From Podarcis filfolensis (Eukaryota): a DNA stretch of 64,000 nucleotides. Where the stretch lies: the NCBI GenBank assembly GCA_964270895.1, contig OZ185440.1. One strand, 5' to 3'. Of the stretch, positions 13,759 to 28,200 are shown one piece after another. The position numbers were made by a program, and so were the translations under genes. Numbering within the stretch: position 1 is the first letter of the stretch; each line of letters opens with the position of its first letter. The notes under the pieces are model-generated. The model did not search any database and was not told the origin of the DNA. It worked only from the letters and a program-made list of their open reading frames with translations.

Positions 13759-15512
13759 TTATAAGGGATTGATTTTTGGACTTAGATAAACACAGTTCAA
13801 ATTTATAAATTTATTTATATAGAAACTTCAATTATTTTAATATAGCTCTTTATTTTTAAAAAGAAAAAAATCCTCCCCACTAAAAAAAAAAAAGTCTTCC
13901 CAAAATCTATACATCCCAGAGTATGTGCCTGATGTTCTAGGTACAGATTTTTATAATACATCAAGTCATATTGAGTTCTGTAGCACTTCAAATATAAAGG
14001 CAGAGCTTAAATGCAGCCAGATTTTAAAATGTCTTTTCTGCATTTTTAGTGGTCATCATTTATAAAGGAGCCAGAAGTCCTTGGTAAAAGTGACGACTAT
14101 TCATTACCTTAAGAGCCTTTCTAATGAATCGAGCAATAAAAAATGTATTTGGGAGATTACAGTTGATTTAATTGACATTCTGCATAATTCTGGTTTCCAC
14201 ATAGGGACCAGTTTTATTTTGGGCTATAAATGGGCAATAATATAATGATGATGCTCTTGCAGCCCTTGTGTATGTCACTTTTTCGGCTCAATGGAGAAAT
14301 ATGATTTCTAAGTCATTTGCTTTCATGTAAACTAACATTTTCATTTTGTCCTTTCTAAGTGAAAACTGGTCATTCAAATGTGACTCCAGGGCAATTTTAG
14401 GAATCTAAGATAGTGAATTCACATGCAATGGATTAAAATTATGTATAGACTGGCTCTCAGTAACCCCTACAACAATACTACAAGCAGAATTTTTGTATTA
14501 GGGAAGGTAAAGGAGGCTGAAACTAAGATACAGTGGTTCAACTACTACCTTTCCGTGAGTAACATGATATTCCTGTATGCATCTTGTATGCATCTCATAT
14601 TTCTCCACACTGAACAGGAATCAACCCCTGCACACCAATTCCTCCAAAATGGGCAAGTTTATTCACTCCTCCATAATTAATGGCAGGAGACAAGGGCGGC
14701 ACACGGAACAATGAAATATGCATGGATACTCAAGTGACAATGATAGTAATTATAGAAGAAAATGTGGCAAAGACTCAGATATTTTCTTCTATGGTACCAT
14801 GCAGTAATATAGCCCTATGGTACAGATAACAGTTTTAAATTTTATTTGCTGTCTACCGAGTAGATCTATACTCTGTTACCTTCTTCATGAATAGGGCACT
14901 ATCCAGGTGGTTTTCCAAGTAACTCACACAAACCTATTGAAGACAGCACTCCAAAATGCATCTGCTGGGAGTGGGATGTACATTTACCCAGCAACAATAC
15001 TATTGGAATTGGAATACTGGGAAAATGTCATATGTTCACATTTATTCCTCTATAAGCCAATGTATCCGGAATTTTTTTGAATTTTGCTGATTTTCTTTCA
15101 CTTCACCACACTGCATCACAGAAGTCCATTGGGGTTGTATGCTATCGCTCCTCTCACATTAGGGTTTATTTCTGACCAAGTATATAGACATCCTCTCTCA
15201 ACCAGCACTATTAAACTTTTATATCTTACTATGCCTATGCACTGCATTTGTAAACCACAAAGAACTGCTTCAATAAAAGTTTTGAAAGTCACTACGTGAA
15301 CAGGAGAATAGACTGCATTAGTCTGGAAGCATGCTTAATACGTTGGGTGTATATACAACTTGGCAGGACAAAGCAATAGCTGAATGAAGATTAAACCAAA
15401 ATAAAGTGGCAGCATTTTGCATTGGTGTTTCACTGACATTAGACAGATTGTAACCAAGATTTCTCTTTTTAACAAAATGAAACAAATCCTTCATTTCATA
15501 CTAGTTGGGCTA

Positions 15513-15698
15513 CAGGCGACTTGAATAAAATATTGAGGGGGGGGCAGGTAAGCAAGCCCTGCCCTGCATAATAGATCACATAACATGGTGCACACACAGC
15601 ATTTGAATGACAATGCCCATCAGTTTGGGGGGTGGCCCCATCAAATATTTTTATGGGGGGCCCAAATGGTCCTCAGCCCCTAGGAGTTGGCTCCTATG
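15513..15698. mobile_element. 186-bp hAT-type MITE with perfect 8-bp TSD
   Basis: ttgggcta duplicated at 15505-15512 and 15699-15706; right end ggagttggctcctatg intact, left end caggcgacttg eroded; GC-rich subterminal runs. Confidence 0.85.
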
Positions 15699-17229
15699 TT
15701 GGGCTATGAGTGGTATTCAACTAAGTTTCACTCATGGCAGATCTACTGAAATTAATGGACTTAACATTCACTTTAATTGGTCTACTCTAAGTAAAACTTA
15801 TATACTACCCTATATTTATTTTCCCCATGAAGAAATAGCCCATACTAACTGCTACAACACACCCAGTAGTGACAGAAATCCAGCTACATATTTGGAGCCC
15901 AGATTATCATAGAAGTAGATAACTAAACCTGCATGGTCACTGAAGGTACAGACCTTTTCCATCTCCAGAAAAGAGCTGTCTAGGTGCTAAACATGACTTT
16001 GACCCAAAATACATTCACTTTGTAAAGTCAGCCAGTAGTAGCTATTCTGTTTATATCAAGTAGGTTACAGTCATCCTAAGACATCACTTCTGATTAGCTA
16101 GAACAAAAGGAAGCTGCCTTCTGCATATCTCATCTACCCTACTATTATTTCAGACTACATAACTGCTTCATTTCCAGACTCTGTACAACTCTCCAAACTC
16201 ACCTGGGCACCATCTATTCTTTAGTTTCCAGCTGTGCTAAACCCTGCTTCTTGCTCTGATTCTGACAAGCCCATCCAACTATATCAATTTCCTTTTCCAC
16301 TCCACTTTCCTTCTGTTTCTATAAATCCAGCTCAACTACAAATTGGAACACCAGTTGCAAACTAAAGGGATTGGACCATGACTTTGGCTAGCCCCTTCCA
16401 TTTGGTAATTGTGCAGCCTAATTGTGACAATAAGCACTGTCTTGATCATAGGCTTCATAACCAAGTACAGCATATCCAAGCCACATCCTGAGAATAGTTT
16501 GGTTTCTATTTGTACGTGTTCAAACAGCAAATGCTAAAACAACAGCTCCTCTACCCACACTGTTGAATGGTAATAAACCTTGCAGAATTTCTTCTTTTTT
16601 CCTTTTCCTTTTCCTGGAACTGAATTGAGTATGTTCTACAGTCATCATCATATGTTACCAAATAATAATTTCTTTTATTGAGAAACTGTAATTTTCATTA
16701 CTAGATAAAATGTTTATCACTGCCACACTCAGAACTCAGAGTTGTAGTCATCTAAGTTCTACTTAGAGTACAATTGCTGAAATTAATGGACACAAGTTAG
16801 TCGTGCTTATTAAATTCACTATGTCTACTCCAAGTTGGAGTAGCATTGGCTACAACCCTAAAATCCCACAAATTATCACCCCATGTTTGCATGTTGCAGC
16901 TTAAAGATCTTTCAGAAGAATATTGATATACATGAAACGATGTGTCCAAAGATGTTGCATTAATCAGGAGAAAAATAATAAAATTGTAATGCCTTTAAGC
17001 CATTGTGTAACGTGTGCCGTTCTTACTTTAACCAGGTTTTTTCCACTTTCCTAGTTTTTCACTACCTCTGTATACAGGTATGGTGAGAAAGACAGGGTGG
17101 GTGCAGTTAATATATTTTTGTGATTTGTCACTTGTTCCGCAACAAAAGAATCCTATGATTTATTGCACAATTTCTTACCATTATAAAAAATAATTTGGTG
17201 CCATGTTTGCTTTGCAACAATGCTGCAGG

Positions 17230-17352
17230 ATGATGTCTGTTTAGTCAAGTACTGTTTACACTCACTGACAGCTGCTCTGCAGGGTTTCAGGTAGGGGACA
17301 TTCCCGGCCCTACCTGGGACCTTCTGCATGTGAAGCAGGTGCTCTGCTACTG
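17230..17352 (-). mobile_element. Squam3-like tRNA SINE, internally deleted
   Basis: Reverse complement reads cagtagcagagcacctgcttcacatgcagaaggtcccagg...tagggccggg...cctgaaaccctgcagagcagctgtcagtgagtgtaaacagtact. Confidence 0.65.
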
Positions 17353-17864
17353 CTGGTCAATTTCCAGGTTTCTGTAATATTACACAGTGCACCTCCCTCT
17401 ACTGAGAACCATAAAGACTAGGAAGGATTTGATGCTCTCTCACACACACATGCACAGACATTTTTGGTCTATGTAAGCTACAAGTCACCTAGCACAAGAA
17501 GAAGATAGCACAGTGTAGCCTTTATTTTACAAAATATTGCAGTATGTCAGAAATGATCCAGCAGCAACAGCTGGAATTCCCAACAGCTATATTTGTGCTA
17601 CTAACAAAAAGTGACAATCGCTTGTCCTCGGCATCCTGTTAAACGGGACATGAAGTGAACAGCTGCATATGAACTTTCAGGAAGTGACATTTACAAGGAA
17701 AGCTATTACAAGTTCAAACATTTATGAAACCTCTCCACCTGCTATAGGCATCATTACTGACTAGAGTTGCTGAAGCATTGGAGAACACGCAGGGCACTAT
17801 AGCTCTAGATGTACCTGCAGCATGCACCTGTAACGTGTGACTGAGGATAATAGGCTAAGTAAAA

Positions 17865-18219
17865 GGTAAAAAGGTAAAGGACCCCTGGATGGTTAAGTCC
17901 AGTCAAAGATGACTATGGGGTGTGGCACTCTTGTTCGCTTTTCAGGCCAAGAGAGCCGGTGTTTGTCCACAGACAGCTTTCCGGGTCATGTGGCCAGCAT
18001 GACTAAACTGCTTCTGGTGCAACGGGACACCGTGTTGAGTGCCAGAGCACATGGAAACACCATTTACCTTCCTGCCACAGTGGTACCTATTTATCTACTT
18101 GCATTGGTATGCTTTCAAACTGCTAGGTTGGCAGAAGCTGGGAGAGAGCAACGGGAGCTCACCCTGTCACACTGATTCGAACCGCCGACCTTCCGATTGG
18201 CAAGCCCAAGAGGCTCAGT
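17865..18219 (-). mobile_element. Sauria SINE, 5'-truncated, divergent subfamily
   Basis: Shares ccgggtcatgtggccagcatgactaa, tggtacctatttatctacttgca and ctgctaggttggcag with 42826-43177; tail ggtaaaaaggtaaagg; candidate TSD agtaaaa at 17858-17864 and 18220-18226. Confidence 0.9.
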
Positions 18220-19675
18220 AGTAAAACATTTCAGTTCAATCTTATGATTCCTCTTTGGTAACCAGTGTAACCACAATACTGACCTTTACGGAAGCATTTA
18301 TAAATTTTATTGTTTAAATATTGCAGCATGTTTTCATTCAGAAATTTTGCATCATAGGAAACAGGGATGTTTGTCCCTCCAACCTAACTTCCACCCAGCA
18401 AACGCTCAGAAAGCCACACCCATAATTTTAAACCAGTTTTGGGTTTAAAGAGGGGGAGAAAGTAACAGAAGCAGCATTTTCTGGAAATACCCCTCACTGT
18501 TTGACCCTAATGTACCAACCCTCTGCATTTTGCTTTCACTGGAACTATATCTGCCATCACAACCAGTCATAGAAAATGCCACCCTGCCTCTTCCTCAGCA
18601 GCCCACTCTCCTCCTCCTCTACTGTACATCTGCTTGGTGGAGGATGGGGAGGTTAAAGGAAGCTGGACAGGAGTGGCTGGCAGGAAACAGAGGTGGGGGC
18701 AAGCAATGTGTTCTGGAGACACCTTCATGGTTTCAGTCTATTTCTGATACCCAAACCCCTGAATTGTGACCCCTGAACTCCATATCTGCTGCTGAGCCTG
18801 TACTGTCACTTGCCCTGAACAAATATCCCTTTCTGACTTACACCTAAGAGCCTCTTTCTGCATGTGCTAGGTGGGAAGCACGACACCTTCCCCACATGGC
18901 AGTGCTTGTCTTCCAAAACCTTCTAACATACCAAAACAGGTGAGGTTTCCTCAATCTCTGTTCCCCCAACTTCTCAACCAGAACACTCTTTCAGCTGTCT
19001 TCTTTTCTACTATTCAAAGGTGGTTCCCCTTGGTTCCAAAAAGCTGGAAACTGCAAATTTCAGTCTATACACACTTTGGCAACAGTGCTCTTTATTTAAA
19101 TTGGTTGGGAAGGAGGTGATAGGGCAAGGGGAATGGCCTACCAAGGACTCCTATGTAATTTCCCAGCCCTTAATATTATTTAATCATTGTGTGGAGTGTG
19201 GTGGTGATGAGGGCCAGAGACTGCCTTTGGGGCTTTCAAACGCCAGATCAGGTCCCTGTTTAACACTAAGGTTACTTCATATACATTTGTAATCCTTATA
19301 ACTACTCTGTACGGAAGGCCAGTATTTTACCCTTCCAATACTGCAGACAGAGCTTCAAACTGACAGCCAAAGTTGATGTGACAGATGGATGCAGTGTGTT
19401 TAAACCCAAATCTATCCTGGTTACATAGAAAGAAAATGATGGAGGGATCTAATGCCAACAGGAATATGGATGCACAGGTGAGGAGTACATGCACATCTCC
19501 ATTTGCCCCCTCTCATGAAGCATCTTTTCTCCAAGGTCAGCTCAGTTCTACAGTCAGAACCTCAATGAGGACAGGTGTGCAGATGATACAAAATATTCAG
19601 TGTTTTTGGTCCCCCCCTCCTCCCAAAAAGAGATATTGTGAGGAGCTCCATATTGTGAGTGAATGAGCAATAAAA

Positions 19676-19749
19676 TGGCAAATGCAATGCAACGTAACCA
19701 AGTGCATAAAATTATACATGTCATGAAGAAAGTGGATACAGAAATGGTT

Positions 19750-19804
<55 letters not shown>

Positions 19805-20092
19805 AGCCAAAGAACCTGAATGCTGGAAGATTCAGGACAGACTGAAGAAAGTACTGAGCAGTGAATGGCTAAACTATGCGACTCGCTCCCACGGGAGGCA
19901 GTGATGGCCACCAACTTGGATGGCTTTAAATGTGTTAGGCAAATGAATGGAGGACAAGGCCATCAACGGCTACTAGCCATTATGACTATTGTCCAACCTC
20001 CACTGTTAGAAGCAGTGTTCCTGCGAACGCTAGTTGCTGGTGGGCAGAGTGCCGTTGTGCTCATGTCTTGCTTGCAGGTTTCCACAGGCACA
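19676..20092 (+). mobile_element. CR1 LINE 3' fragment with a large internal deletion and an expanded (CT)n
   Basis: tggcaaatgcaatgcaacgtaaccaagtg (WQMQ.NV.KC motif) joined to aaaattatacatg...agaaagtggatacag; then ggaagattcaggacaga, gtgatggccaccaacttggatggctttaaa and 3'UTR-like sequence. Confidence 0.75.
19753..19798. repeat. (CT)23 microsatellite
   Basis: Direct read. Confidence 0.98.
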
Positions 20093-21266
20093 TGAAGTTA
20101 TACAGGTCAAATTTCAGACTCCCAGTGGAAATACCCCTGTTGTCAGGCCTTCCTTCTATTGTATTCTATTCCAATATTCAATAACTATGGGAACTATGGG
20201 ATAGAATGGAAGCATGAGCAATTCCCATGTTCTGATGACAGAATAATTCCCTGGGATGCTTTGTTTTATTGGTTTTAGAGGTACAAGATAAAAGCAATGC
20301 AGATAAATATATCTAAGTTTATTAACAAATTCATTAAACATGAATTCCTCTTTCTAAAAATAGCAACAGCTAAGTCACAATGAAGCATGAGAATGTACCA
20401 TCAGCTCCTTTTTTTAAAAAAAGACCTAATTAGCCTCATTACAATTGAAAAGTATTTGTTAAAAGGCATTAAAGTGGAAACATTGTTGTAGTTCGTTTCC
20501 TTAGATACTTCCTTTTCAATCTTTTTGAGATGCTTTAGCTCACTGTGATCTGCAACCTCTCTCATAACATTAAAGCAAAGCAAGTGCCAGTTCAAATTAT
20601 GTAAGATGTATCCCACCCTTTCTACCCTGAAAGTACTTGTTTTCAAAAATGACCGTATTAGAGTACTAATTGGCTAAGCCACCATGCTGGCTGATGTGAA
20701 ATGCTTTGAAACGCTCTGCAACAGCTGTGTTGATCAGAAATAAGAAGAGTGACTTTTTAATAAGGAAAGCTGGCAAAAGGCCAGGAGTTTTGAAGGGAAC
20801 TTGAACTTCTATATATATAATGCAATTCAAGAGGTACAGAACAGAAGTATGAACCAACAGCTTGAAAAAATTAAAGCTTTTGGGCACAATCCAGCTCCAT
20901 TAATCAATGGTAGTTTTGCCACCGACTGATATGGGAGGTGGATCACAACTGGCTTCCCGACTCTTCCTACATTCTACCAATCAAAGATTAAAAGAAGCAC
21001 CAACTAACAAGGCACCTCTGAAGAACTGAGATTTTAAAGATTGTTCTTGCTTATTCTTATTCAAATGTGCTTAAATAAAATGTCTAACTCTTTCAGCAGT
21101 CCTAAAAAACCCTGCAGCCTTACACCTTCTGTTCATTGAATGTAACTTTATATACACATAATTCAGATGAGCAACTAGCAGTAAATAAAAGACATAGGGT
21201 ATGCTACTATTTTCTGATTTATATGGAAACCGACCTAAATGAAGGCTGTACACAGAACGATGTTAG

Positions 21267-21420
21267 GATCTTATTCATTCATTTATTTCATTACATTTCT
21301 ATCCCACTTTCCTCAGAAGCTCTCAGTGTGCCATACCCGTATTTCCTCCATCCCATTTTATACTCACAACAACCTTGTAAAAAGGGTTAGGCTGAAAGAA
21401 AGGGACTAGCTGGTTAACTC
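21267..21420 (-). mobile_element. MIR/Ther1-like CORE-SINE fragment
   Basis: cccattttatactcacaacaaccttgtaaaaagggttaggctgaaag is the same core as 60893-61085. Confidence 0.6.
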
Positions 21421-24400
21421 ACTGTTTCTGAAGGTGTGTGCTTTGGTGATAAGCATCTCTCTCTCTGCCAGGACTTCCTCAGTCAGCCCATTTCTCCTCT
21501 ACATGTCTATCTCTGTCATAACCTTGCTCTAACCCTAAACGACATGCAAATGAGGATGGCCTAATTCTCCCCACAGAGGCAGAAGCTGGGATTCTGCACC
21601 CTCCCTTGTGCAAACAGTCTGTCTCTCCAGACTTTTAACTCTCCTCCCATTCCAAAGTTTTTTCTCCCTGCAACCATGTTTAAATGAGGGAGGAGGCCTG
21701 TGTGGGCTAGGATTTGGAGGCTGGTACCCTCTTGTGCCTAGCATGCACTCCTTTAGATAGAAGGGACAGCAGTGAGCAGCAGAGGTTGACTTCTAAAGGG
21801 AAGCCGAAGATCTAACTAAGGAGCTGGTATTACTGAAGCAAAGAGCTGAAGGAGGTCTGCTAAGATGAGAGCAAGGTTCTATGGTAGCCTTCAACAAAGA
21901 ACTATTGCCAAGTGATCATTGTTTCTTCAGCGTTAAAGCAACTAGCTACTTTGGGCCCAGGTTGAAGATGATCAGACAATTTTCACTCAGTGGGTTACTC
22001 ACTGGGCAACCTTTGACCAGTCACCATCTGTCAGCCAAATCCAACCCACAGAGTCTAGAGTAGTTGTGTGGGGAAGAACCATTAATGCCACCCAGAGCTT
22101 CTGGAGGAAGGATGGGATGAAAATGTAACAAACTCTGCTGAAAAGATGGAAACTGCTATGCATTGCCAAATGAATTGTTCAGATATTTGGGTGAGCTCAA
22201 TGGACTCCTGACAACCTCTTGAATAAAGAACATGATAGATTAAGGCCTGCTGCTGCTGCAATTGTTTGTTTAGCAAAATTATACTCTTTCTACTTATAGC
22301 TGTCACGAGGAACCTGTGGCTTCCCATATGTTCCTGGTCTCCAACTCCCATTAGCCCTAACCAGCATGACTAATGTTCAGGGACGATGGGTGTCACCATC
22401 AAAAAGATCAGGTTCGTTATGCCTGAAGTACTGAATACAGAAATATTTGTGTAGACCCACACAATTCAATGGGACTTAAGTTAGTCATGGCTTGTTTTCA
22501 ATGAGTCTGCACTAAGCATGACTAAGTCTAAATCCAACCAAATATATTATGTACTGTAGGCTCGTATTCAGACTGTCTGTACTGGGTTTCATTAGTAGCT
22601 TCAACAAAAAATTTTCAAAAAATAAATTCTTTCACACTTGAATGCAGTGTATTAAATAAAAACTTGTAAAATAATGTCATATTTTGTTTGTGCAATGATA
22701 GAATTCTGCTTTGATACTAAAATGGGTATATTAGTGGAACCAATGAATCCAGAGTGATAGATTGCTGCTAAGTTATTAGGACTCCTAGTCCCATTTTGAA
22801 TATCAGTGTTTCTCCTCACTTCCATTCTGCAGATGGTAAGCTGATACTACATAAACATTGTTACAGCTATAGTTGCATGGTACAGTAATTCACTTAACTT
22901 TAATGTGATTTATGGTTCTGTCAATACGAGAGGTTGGAAATCCTGAGCTCTGGTGCTTAAACATGGGTTCTGGATTTAAATATAATAATGGACTTTGGTG
23001 TGTGAATGTCTGAGCAGGATGGAAAATTTAGCATAAAAGGAAATTTAGCATAAAATACTACAGTTCAGTACTCTGTTCAAAGCATACAGTTTAACTCCAT
23101 GGACAGATCAAAGAAAAGCAACGAAACTGAATATGTAATCAGCAAAAGAGCAGGCTAAATACTGTGGTCTAAGAGTATTCAATTTTTATGTTATTATTTT
23201 AGATATGCATGAAATCCTATTACTGTGTTCAAAAAAAATGCCTCCCCGCTCTTACTGTCCTCCCCACTTCCCTTATATAGGCGGAATCAAGTCTCTTTTG
23301 TCAGGGTAACTTTAAATCTAGGTCCACTTTGTTAATCACCCCCATTCTTCTCCCTGCCACTTTCCTCTCAGGGCATTTTTGCCTCTTTAAAAGATTAAGG
23401 GACCAAGTCATCTTGTTGCTCTAACATGTCCTCAGTGGAACAACATATTAACACAATTCCTCACTAAAAAGGCCATCTCTAGAAGTTTGCTGCAGGGATG
23501 ACAAATTAACCCAGCATGGTGTCCCACACATCTATCTTTGCGCAAATTATTAGTGTAATAGAGCTTTTAGTTATGCATTTATCTAGCATTTTATTGAATG
23601 GTTGCATATAATGAAGCTAAGCAATCAGGATCCTTTACGAGGCAATCTCAGTGGGTGGCCTTATAGTTAATTTAGGGTAGTAGTCCTCTAAGCTGTTCAC
23701 TCACATACAAATCAGTTAAATAAGCTACTCATCTAAATATTTCCTATGTCACAGGGCAACTCTTTAAAATCCAATAAAGGTAGAGTTTTAATTACACGGT
23801 TCTTGACTTTTATTTAGGTCTAGGTTTAACTATTTGCCAGCGTCTTGCTTGCAGAGTGGAATGTAAGAGCACAAATTCTGTAAGTCAGAACAGGGAAGAG
23901 TCTCTAATCAAATCCTATAGCAATATCTTCCCCAGCAGCTGTCATAATATTTAATTCAGTAGTCTTCAAACTTTTCACATCTGAGACACAGTTAAACATA
24001 AGTTATGTCCTGGGAACTCCAGGTTTGAGGGGGACACTAGAAAAGCGGGTCCCCTCCTACGTTGGTGGAACTCCTGTCTCTATCCCATGAGCAGGTAGCA
24101 GTTACATCCCACAAGGCACTGGGGCAATGCTTCTTCAGGCATTCTGGGGAATTGTGGGAAATTTAAGATAGGGAGCTGACAGAGGAGTCACCTGTACTAA
24201 GGCTGCCCAGCAGCTACTTGAGTGTGGGTGTTGGTGGTGAGCCCAATACCCATTTATATCAGGGGCTTTGCACAGTGTTTTTCTTTGTCAGTTTCTCCCT
24301 ACAATTGCCTCTTATCTTCAAAAAAACACGTGAAGAGGAGAAAAAATAATGTTGATGGCTCAATTTAGGTTGAGCCTCAGGGCCCCACCAGTCGAAGACA

Positions 24401-24849
24401 ATAGTAGATGGAGCAACCACATATGGTTACCATGCACTGTTTACTCTCCAATGACATTTTATTTGTTGATGGTTCTGAAAGTGGTAGGCACAGTTTCAGT
24501 TGGGCATGTGCTGATGATACACTATGGATATGGATGAAAATTTAGGAGAACAGCATCAACTGTAGCTCATCAATTTTTAAAAAGTCAACAATATACTGCA
24601 ATGAATGCTATCCATTCATTTAGTCCTTCAGCTTCCCACAGTCCAACTGAAGGCAACTTATTTTTTGCCACCTGAAAGCACAAGGTGCCAACAGGTCTAT
24701 GACAGCAGATTCTGCAACAAGCTGCTTCCTAGAGCTCTGACAAGACAACCTAATAGTCTTGATCACACACGTTTACTAAGGTGGCCATGTGCAATGCCAA
24801 AAAAGAGGAAAGGCATCTCCCCAAAAAACTATTTACCATTCACAGCAAG

Positions 24850-25291
24850 GTTTTTGTGCTCATCTGAGAGTCCACAGAGTGGCAAGGCAAGGCCCAAACA
24901 AGATGTAAGACAAGGCAAGGTGGGACAAGGTTCAGATATGAATACAAGGCAGAGTTCAGGCTGTGCTGTGGGTAATATAATGCTCAGAAGTTCCTCCAGC
25001 AAGAAACAGGGCTTAAACTGAATCCTTATACAGCAGTAGCAGCAGGAGGTGCAGCCCAATTGTCAGCCCCACTTGTGCTGCAAGATGCTGCTTTCCTTAA
25101 AGGAACCAGGCTTCTCCAGTAATCTCCTACTGCAATGGAGAAGGGAAGCTTCAAGTTTTCCTGGGTCTTCTGCAGTGGAGTCCTTCTCAGAGGAGAGCAG
25201 TGTCACATTTTCAGACCAGGCGCAACTGGCCCTACAGGTTCATCTGAGAGCTTCACCTGAAGTTGAGGAAGCTGACTCCAGGACCATGATA
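24850..25291 (-). mobile_element. Possible degenerate Gypsy-type solo LTR
   Basis: Minus strand begins tatcatggtcc (TGTCATGG-like LTR start) and carries attgggctgcacct...tgtataag..tttaagccctg (CCAAT/TATA-like) then CT-rich (ccttg)n-like repeats. The other boundary and a TSD were not found. Confidence 0.35.
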
Positions 25292-28200
25292 CTGAATATG
25301 ATTAGAAACCCACTTCATATTTTGGTGTGATGTGCACAAAGACTCAAAGGATGACCTTAATATTGGGAAATACTGGGGGGGTGATTTTGGTTTGTGCCCC
25401 CAAGCCCATCTTCCTTTTAACATCTCAGATATTCAGAGCCAGTGAGAATTCAGAGCTCAATACCCAGGCAGGAGAAAGTGGCCTGGCCCCAGCTTACAGA
25501 CATCAGAGATCAAAGAGAATGCAATTCTGGTTCCTGATGTCAATGATTTCAACCAGCTAAAGTTATTTGTGGAAGAAGTGAGCAGGACAGAATAAGATTT
25601 TTCAGGACACTGGATGTTACTTCCAGGAATGTTTCAAATCAGCACCTTTCTCTTTAAAGATTTATTATTGGGAGGAGAATGGCATCTGGTGGAATTTGGT
25701 GCAGCTAAGCTATTATAAGGGAGTTCCTTTAACGAACCCTGTGAGTTAGAATAAGCTGAAAGATAGTGACTGCCTCACAATGATACAGTAAGCTTCATAG
25801 TTGAGTGAAGAAGGCACAAGACTAAATGCGCCCCCCTCAAGAGGAACATAAAAGGGTTAAAATGCACGAGAAGAGCTTTAGTCAATGAAAGGCTCCAGCT
25901 CTGTTGGACTAGTGCTTATATTTCTGCTGGAAATTAGAGATTCACACAAGCTAGAAGTACAGAGGTCTGTTTGAAACTATCTACCTCCTGCATGTGTGAA
26001 TGGATGTATGACATTTTGCTGTTGCAGCAGAAAATCCATTCCATTCCATTCCTAAATCGAAAGCTAGTATGATGCCTCATCTGCCTGGGATAAGTACAGA
26101 CAAAGCAGGCAATAAAACACCAGGACTAGTGCATACTGCTCAGCTGATACTTTTGATAGCCAAACCCACACTCTCTTTCAGATGGCTACATCACAGCTGT
26201 GATGAATAATCGAGAGGAGCACTGCCATGGGGCTCAGCTTCCCACATGCAGCTCTCTATAGCACAGGTGTTTGCTGGAATCTTTGCCTTGTTCCTTTCTG
26301 TATGAGAGCCATGGCTTTCCTGCTGTTTCATTCAGCAACTCTTTGTAGCAGCAAGATCGTATTGTGGAGCCATGTTCATGCATCTGGTGCTTTGCAAACA
26401 AAAGTGTTTTAGAATTTAAGAAAACTGGACTGCCAGGTAATTTTGTCCAGGCTTAAGAAATGTTCACAGAAAGTGTTTGCATATATGCATCAAATGAAGT
26501 CCCATCTGTATTTTTTTAGGCTAAATCCACAGACTAATTCAGGCTGCATTCTACATTATTATTACGATTCCTTCAGTACACAAGCACTTTACGGAATAAC
26601 AAAAAATAAGAAGAAAAGAATACAGGTCTCTGCCCCAAGAGGATTACAACATTTGGTAAGGAAAGAAAATATGAAAAGTCTAGAAAAAGGTGGACAGCGA
26701 AAATGTCACACAGAAAGGGAGCTATACATGAGATAATAGAGAAAGGGGACAAATGCGAGTAGGAATTAAAGTTATAAGTGCTTAGGCTTTGTTTCAGTTG
26801 TTGAAAATATCCATACACCCTCTTTCTCTTATCCAATAATATATGAAGCATTCACACACATCCTTTATGAGAATATCCACAGTATAGGATGAATCTAAGT
26901 AACGATACATTGAGATATTAATTTCCAAGAAGTCTCCATCCCCCATGGAACAACAAACCCAAATAGCTTCATCATGTTTGGGTAGAAGGTGTTGTCTATG
27001 ACCGATCTTCAGTCACATACATGTTGACATACACCAGGTTCTCAGTGTAGATATGCCATGTCTTGCCAAGAGATGTAGCCTCGATAACTCTATTTACATC
27101 TATACACTTCTATAACTTTTATGGCCATTACATGTTCTCCACCTTGTCAGCTCTACCTTTGGCTGAGATTTTTATCTCCACATGCCTGGGGCTATTATCT
27201 TGTAGGGAACAGGGTTCCTTTGGGAGGAAGGAGGGGAGAATTAATAAATAACAAACATTAAAAGTGTACTGTATCGAGCAAATGCAAAACTAGTCCAGAA
27301 AGTTGCATGATATTGGCAGCGAGCAATTTCATGGAGCCTCTTGAAATCTGACCAGGTGAGCATGAAATCCAGGGATAAGAATGCATAAATCCTCCTTAGG
27401 CTGAAATTGCTGTTGAAGGTTCCAAGATGGTCTGAGCCCAATGATGTTGAACAATGACACTTACTTGCTAAATCAGGGTCAAACTACATGTTATGCTTAA
27501 TGTGTAGCATGCATTTATGTCTCAATTTTTTCCTTTACCTAATTATCAGTAGGGGTGGTGAAGGGATGTGGTGAGGTGAAGGGCTGTTATCCCTTCCCTA
27601 CCTAGCTGTGACCTCTGCTGATAATTACCACCCCACCACAGGTTAAGAGAGTTGGTGCCTATGGAATCATTTTCTCTTTCTTTCTAATCCATGTTGCTGC
27701 AGGGGGAAGTGTGTCTGATCCTACCCCCACCTTTAATTAAGTTTAAAAGAACACCCAGAAACCTCGCTACATGCCAACAGACAGTGAATACATGAGAATA
27801 TGCAGTGGGAACCTCCATTTCAGGGGCAGAAAACAGTAGATGCAGCTTCTGACCAATACACCTTTGAAATACAGAACTTTTTCAGAGAAAATGCTCTCTG
27901 AAAAAATACAGAAAGATTTTCTAGATTTCTTCTATAGCTGTTCAGTATTTTTATTGAAAATACCTTGATAAGGGGTTTATGATTGAGAAATCCATAAAAT
28001 AGGTGGGCGTGATACATATTTGCTTTCTCCCCCACCCCACTCTGCAGTAGTTTATTTTTTGGTTTACTTTTTGATATAACCTTGGTACTTTCTATTATTT
28101 GCACACATAAGAATTAGAACTCTGGGGTTGCTGCCAAATACCAGGATGCTGCCAATTATGGTTTGAGGTTGTGCAGACACACTGGTGGGAGTGCTGCATT

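Noticed and set aside
23021-23056. Short tandem duplications (also 30707-30736)
   Set aside because: 14-18 bp slippage duplications with no sign of function.
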